Notes under the pieces: generated by a model
Told to the model about the DNA's origin: nothing
Seen by the model: the letters and a program-made list of their open reading frames with translations, nothing else
The model's database searches: none
Source: an uncultured Chloroflexia bacterium
GTDB lineage: Bacteria; Chloroflexota; Limnocylindria; Limnocylindrales; CSP1-4
DNA: 64,000 bases
Reading direction: 5' to 3'
Assembly: GCA_963819655.1 (NCBI GenBank)
Contig: CAWFXA010000002.1
Coordinates: forward strand, 1,216,001-1,280,000
Shown here: positions 59,990 through 64,000 of the stretch, piece after piece
How positions within the stretch are numbered: position 1 is the first letter of the stretch
How the letters are laid out: every line of letters begins with the position of its first letter
Program-made: the position numbers and the translations under genes

Positions 59990-60637
59990 GTGCCGTTCGA
60001 CTTCCTGAGACGGAAGAAGGTCGGGGGAGCGGCGAAGGCATCGAGCGCGGCCGCCGCCGGGCGTCCGGGCGGGTATGGCATCCCGTTCGATGGTCTGACC
60101 GAGGAGTGGCGGATCGTCGGCAACATGCAGATCGAGACCCGCCTGTCCGATGCACTCAACAAGCGCGAGTCGGTGACGATCTCGGACGTCCAATGGGCGC
60201 CCGCCGACGGCTCAGCGCCTCTGGCGCCCGCGCCCGGGCTCAAGGCGGTCGACCCCTACGACCTGATCATCGTGCTCGCCGGCGAGGCGACGCTGCCCCC
60301 GCTGACGGACGCGGAGCGGGCCGCCCACAAGGTCCACAAGGTCGCATACGACGTAGCCCTCGAGGTCCCGCCGTTCAAGGTCGTCGGGACAGTGCACCTG
60401 CACCCAGGATCGGAGCCCGAGCGGCTGCTGGACCGCGCGACGGAGATGTTCGTGCCGGTCGTCGGGGCCGTGGCGTATCTGGGCGACCAGCCGATCGGGC
60501 CCGAGATGGACGCGGTCCTCGTCAACCGCTTCTACCTGCGTGGGATCGAGCAGGTCGACCGGCGGACCGGCGAGCGCCACCAGAGACTGCCGGGCGCGCC
60601 GATGGGCGGCATCTCCTGGCAGGATCGCACCCGCTAG
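59990..60637 (+). CDS. Hypothetical protein with internal duplication of a small beta domain (DUF6812-like)
   Basis: [15 protein letters not shown] and [13 protein letters not shown]...FVPV...VLVNR halves; family assignment is from memory only. Confidence 0.6.
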   Translation: MPFDFLRRKKVGGAAKASSAAAAGRPGGYGIPFDGLTEEWRIVGNMQIETRLSDALNKRESVTISDVQWAPADGSAPLAPAPGLKAVDPYDLIIVLAGEATLPPLTDAERAAHKVHKVAYDVALEVPPFKVVGTVHLHPGSEPERLLDRATEMFVPVVGAVAYLGDQPIGPEMDAVLVNRFYLRGIEQVDRRTGERHQRLPGAPMGGISWQDRTR

Positions 60638-60697
60638 GACGGCCTCGACCGAGCGCCGATGCGGGCCGATGCCGTCGGGCCGCCAGGAACCCGGCGG

Positions 60698-61924
60698 CTA
60701 GGCGCGCGCGGTCGTCTTGGCGCGGTTGAAGAGGGCGAACGGAACCTTGACGGGCGGAGGGGCGATCGGGGTACCGAGGACCCGGTCGGCCAGCGCGTCG
60801 AAGTCATCGGTGATGCGTTCCTTGGGGAACATCTCGATCACCGTGCGGCCCTCGTTGGCCGCGCGGACGAACAGCAGCCCGCCCGACCGGATCAGGGCGA
60901 TCGACGGCATCCCGACGGTCCGCTCCATGTCCGCGACGCCGACGCCGCTGTTGGCCCGGTTGATCACCAGGGCCAGCCGCTCGCGCACACCGATCTCCGT
61001 CGCGAAGTCGGTCAGCTGGACGGCAGCGCGGATCGCCGGCACGTCCGGGGTGACGGGGACGAGGATCCGGTCGGCGATCGCGAAGACCGCCTGGTTGAGA
61101 TGGCTGTACGACGGATGCAGGTCGACCACGATGAAGTCGAAGCCGCGCCGCGCGCTCGTGATGGCCTCGGCCACGCGCTCCGGGTCGAGGATCTCGGTAT
61201 CGAGCGGCGACGTGGTGAGCGACGCGACGCGCATGCCCGACGAGTGCGCCGAGGCGATCTCGGCGAGGGTCTCCCGCGGCCCGCCCTCCTGCTGGTCGCG
61301 CCAGCTGTCGGCGAGGGTGCGGACGCCATCGATCCCGAGCGACGTCGAGACGTGGCCCGTGACGGTATCCGCGTCCACGAGGAGCACGCTGTGGCCGCGT
61401 CGCGACTGGAGGACCGAGGCGAGGTTCGTCGCGATGGTCGTCTTGCCGACACCGCCCTTGGGATTGAAGACGGCCAGGATCGTGGCGCGCTGGGCCCAGC
61501 CGTCGGCTTCGATCGGTCCGCTCTGGAGGACCGGACCCGATCCGTCGTCGACGGTCTGGCTGCGGATGCACATCGCTTCGACGCGCCACCGCAGCGACTC
61601 GGCGGAATACGGGCGGGTGAAGTATTCGTCCTCGACGTCACCCGAACTTGGATCGAGCCGCGCGAGGGCGCGCTCCGAGACGACCATCAGGGCCGGGATC
61701 GCTCGCCCGCCGTCACGGAGCAGCGAGTAATACTCGAGCGACTGGTCGAGGTCGGTCTCGCCGTCGAGGATCGCGACGGCCACGTCGCGCCGGCTGGCGA
61801 GGAAAGCCTCGAGCTCGTCAGGATGGGCGATGGTCGCGACCGTGAACCCGGCAGCTCGCAGCTCGGCGGAGACCGGAGCGGATTCCTCGGCTGGAAGGGC
61901 GACAGCGATGGCCGGTCGGGCCAC
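60698..61924 (-). CDS. Receiver-domain MinD/ParA ATPase (CpaE/TadZ-like)
   Basis: N-terminal REC-like (AILD..., EYFTRP), deviant Walker A PKGGVGKTT, LVDAD, FDFIVVD, LVINR. Confidence 0.85.
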   Translation of the reverse strand: MARPAIAVALPAEESAPVSAELRAAGFTVATIAHPDELEAFLASRRDVAVAILDGETDLDQSLEYYSLLRDGGRAIPALMVVSERALARLDPSSGDVEDEYFTRPYSAESLRWRVEAMCIRSQTVDDGSGPVLQSGPIEADGWAQRATILAVFNPKGGVGKTTIATNLASVLQSRRGHSVLLVDADTVTGHVSTSLGIDGVRTLADSWRDQQEGGPRETLAEIASAHSSGMRVASLTTSPLDTEILDPERVAEAITSARRGFDFIVVDLHPSYSHLNQAVFAIADRILVPVTPDVPAIRAAVQLTDFATEIGVRERLALVINRANSGVGVADMERTVGMPSIALIRSGGLLFVRAANEGRTVIEMFPKERITDDFDALADRVLGTPIAPPPVKVPFALFNRAKTTARA

Positions 61925-61928
61925 GATC

Positions 61929-63332
61929 TCAGCCCTCCGATTCGGGGTCGCGCGCAGCCACGGTGAGCTCGCCTGGAGCTTCGTTCGTCACGCGTGCGCT
62001 GAAGCCAGGCAACGTGGCGATGCCGTCGGCAAGCCCGAGATCGGGTTCGTGGGTGACCGCGAAGACGAACTCACCGTCCGGGCCAGACGACACGCCGACC
62101 GAACGGACGCCGTTCACGCGGGCCAGGTTGCGCTTGAAGCCTGCGATGCTCGCCACGCTGACGAGGCCGGTCACGACCACACGGGTCGTCGCGACGTCGG
62201 CGGTCGTGGAGTGGTCCTCGGCGACGAGTCCGGCCAGCCGGGCCGCCAGGGCGTCCTCGGCGATCGTCGGGATCTCGTCATCTGGGTTGGCCGTCTCGGC
62301 CGGGAAGGCGGCGGCCTCGGCCTCCGCGGCAGCGAAGTCCTGCTCGATGCCCAGCGCGGTGAGCCGCGGGTCGGCTTCGGCGGCCGGCGCCTGCTCCTCG
62401 GCGGAGATGCCGAACAGGTCTCCGCTGTCGGGCTGTCCCCATTCGTTGTTCGTCTCGACCGGAGCCTCAGGCATGGCCTCGACCGGCCCCGGCTCGGCGA
62501 CGACTTCCGCGGCCGGTGCGTCGGCGGGTGCCGCGACGACCTCGGTCGACTCGGCCGGCACCTCTGCCACCGGAACCTCGAAGACCGGCGGTTCCACGGC
62601 GGCCGTCGTCTCCTGGATGGCGCTCGTCCCCGTCCACGCCTCATCGGCATCGAAGGGCGGGGGCTCGGGGAGGGTCTCGGCCATCGACGCGAAACGCGTC
62701 GGGTCGTCCTCGGCCAAGAGGCGCTCGAAGAACCTGGCCATGTCGGCCTCGAAGGACGCGACGCGCGCCTGCACTCGCTCGATGCGGCCCTCGATCTCGG
62801 CGGCGTGCGCCTCGATCTCGCGCTCGAGCTTTTCCTTGCGATGGGTCACGCGCTCGTCGGTCTCCTCGCGGATCCGCGCGATCTCGGCCTTGGACCACTC
62901 GCGGATCGCGGCGATGTCGTCATCGGCCTTCTTGCGCAGCCCGGTCGCCTCGTCAGACGTGCTGGCGTGGATGCTCTCGATGTGCGCCTTCGCCTCGGCC
63001 GAGAACCGCTCGAGCGTGTCGGCGCGCGCCGCCTCGGCCGCGACCTGCATGGCCTTGGTGAGGTCGGCCATGAACTTGTTGGCCTTGCGCGTCGGGGCCG
63101 CAGCCGGGGTCGCGCCGGTGGCCTGGTTCGGCACGGCCGGATCCTCGTGGACCGCCTCGTTGGACGGGGTCGGCGCGGTCTCGATCATCGTCGGTGTCTC
63201 GCTCTCGCTCTGCGGCTGGGACTGATCCACGGCGGGCTGATCGGCCTGGGATGCGTCAGCCTGCTCGTCGGACTCGGTCCGGTCCGTGCTCCATGGGAGG
63301 CGGAAGCCGCTCTTCGCGTCGGTCGATGCCAT
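61929..63332 (-). CDS. Hypothetical acidic coiled-coil protein with small C-terminal alpha/beta domain
   Basis: FRLPW N-terminus, ~120-aa charged heptad region, Glu/Ala/Pro-rich linker, C-terminal VVVTGL.SVA....FKR.L.RV.GV.SV.V; RBS GAGGA. Confidence 0.8.
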   Translation of the reverse strand: MASTDAKSGFRLPWSTDRTESDEQADASQADQPAVDQSQPQSESETPTMIETAPTPSNEAVHEDPAVPNQATGATPAAAPTRKANKFMADLTKAMQVAAEAARADTLERFSAEAKAHIESIHASTSDEATGLRKKADDDIAAIREWSKAEIARIREETDERVTHRKEKLEREIEAHAAEIEGRIERVQARVASFEADMARFFERLLAEDDPTRFASMAETLPEPPPFDADEAWTGTSAIQETTAAVEPPVFEVPVAEVPAESTEVVAAPADAPAAEVVAEPGPVEAMPEAPVETNNEWGQPDSGDLFGISAEEQAPAAEADPRLTALGIEQDFAAAEAEAAAFPAETANPDDEIPTIAEDALAARLAGLVAEDHSTTADVATTRVVVTGLVSVASIAGFKRNLARVNGVRSVGVSSGPDGEFVFAVTHEPDLGLADGIATLPGFSARVTNEAPGELTVAARDPESEG

Positions 63333-63418
63333 GCGTGGATCCTCGTCGGGATAGGTAGGCGCTTCGGGGCGTGGAGGCATCGTGCCAGCGGGGTTTGGTG
63401 CGGTGGAGTCCGCTAGTG

Positions 63419-63461
63419 GTACCAGCGGTGTACGCCGGTGGTACCGCCGGAGCGCCCGTAC
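63419..63461. promoter_or_regulatory. Phased GTAC repeat array in a divergent promoter region
   Basis: GTAC at 63419, 63430, 63441, 63458 (spacing 11, 11, 17). Confidence 0.5.
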
Positions 63462-63512
63462 CTCGTGCCGGTGTGCTGGTGCAACGCAGTTCGGCGCTAC
63501 GATGGGCGCTCG

Positions 63513-64000
63513 ATGAATGCCCCTGAGACCGCTCTCCCAGCCGCCCAGCCGCTCGATCTCCTGGGCCGGCCGCTGCACGACCTGCGCATCTCGGTCACCG
63601 ACCGGTGCAACTTCCGTTGCACATACTGCATGCCGAAGGAGATCTTCGGGCGCGACTATGCGTTCCTTCCCAAGGACCAGGTCCTGACGTTCGAGGAGAT
63701 CCACCGGGCAGCCGGCGCGTTCGTGGGTCTGGGCGTCGAGAAGCTCCGGATCACGGGCGGCGAGCCACTCGTTCGGCGTGGGCTGCCGGAGCTGATCCGA
63801 ATGCTGGCGGGCCTGCGCACCCCGGATGGTCGCGAGCTCGACCTCACGCTGACGACGAACGGTGCCGCTTTGCGGGCGCTCGCTCGACCGCTGCGCGACG
63901 CGGGTCTGCGACGCGTGACGGTCAGCCTGGACTCCCTCGACGACGCAGTGTTCGGCGCGATGAACGGTGTGGAGTTCCCGGTCGCGAAGGTGCTCGACGG
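63513..64000 (+). CDS. moaA: GTP 3',8-cyclase (partial, runs off the window)
   Basis: Read manually (not in ORF track): [18 protein letters not shown] radical-SAM motif, [21 protein letters not shown]. Confidence 0.96.
   Translation, partial: MNAPETALPAAQPLDLLGRPLHDLRISVTDRCNFRCTYCMPKEIFGRDYAFLPKDQVLTFEEIHRAAGAFVGLGVEKLRITGGEPLVRRGLPELIRMLAGLRTPDGRELDLTLTTNGAALRALARPLRDAGLRRVTVSLDSLDDAVFGAMNGVEFPVAKVLD

Noticed and set aside
1-64000. tRNA, rRNA, prophage, integrase or transposase
   Set aside because: No recognisable cloverleaf, rRNA segment or mobile-element protein motifs by eye; a tRNAscan/Infernal run would be needed for certainty.

Overview
A very GC-rich chromosomal window, about 57 genes, almost all housekeeping or signalling. 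Gene content and style suggest a Chloroflexota (Limnocylindria-like) soil bacterium, which is an inference. In order it holds: a cobamide salvage operon (btuFCD-cobS-cobU-cobT-cobC plus a lipoprotein); a divergent ureohydrolase/aminotransferase pair; a Pro-Thr-repeat surface protein coupled to a GGDEF-EAL protein; yidB, surE, an AI-2E transporter and trpS; a BMP-type nucleoside ABC operon with a deaminase; hom-thrC-thrB; lysC; and a long birA-ECF sigma-accDA-accB'-accC-fabZ-phosphoesterase-fabF-accB-fabH-fabG operon. It continues with two diguanylate cyclases, polX, a TPR/HIRAN-like protein, a 937-aa degenerate-methyltransferase/nuclease fusion, DUF885, a PhoX-like protein, an amine oxidase/aminotransferase/IclR unit, mscS, acs, a CpaE/MinD-like ATPase with a coiled-coil partner, and the start of moaA. 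Two segments (about 16.3-21.1 kb and 42.7-45.7 kb) are full of frameshifts, probably long-read errors. I saw no rRNA, tRNA, CRISPR array or transposase. The best leads are: (1) a second BCCP lacking the biotinylated lysine (DMLG instead of EAMK), resembling plant BADC regulators of ACCase, in an operon that also encodes an ECF sigma and a putative anti-sigma; (2) a degenerate-MTase/Zn-ribbon/wHTH/PD-(D/E)XK protein next to TPR-HIRAN and PolX; (3) two diverged copies of an exactly 120-bp palindromic element with a covarying stem; (4) 11-bp-phased G(G/T)AC arrays upstream of c-di-GMP and polarity genes; (5) pervasive apparently leaderless promoters.
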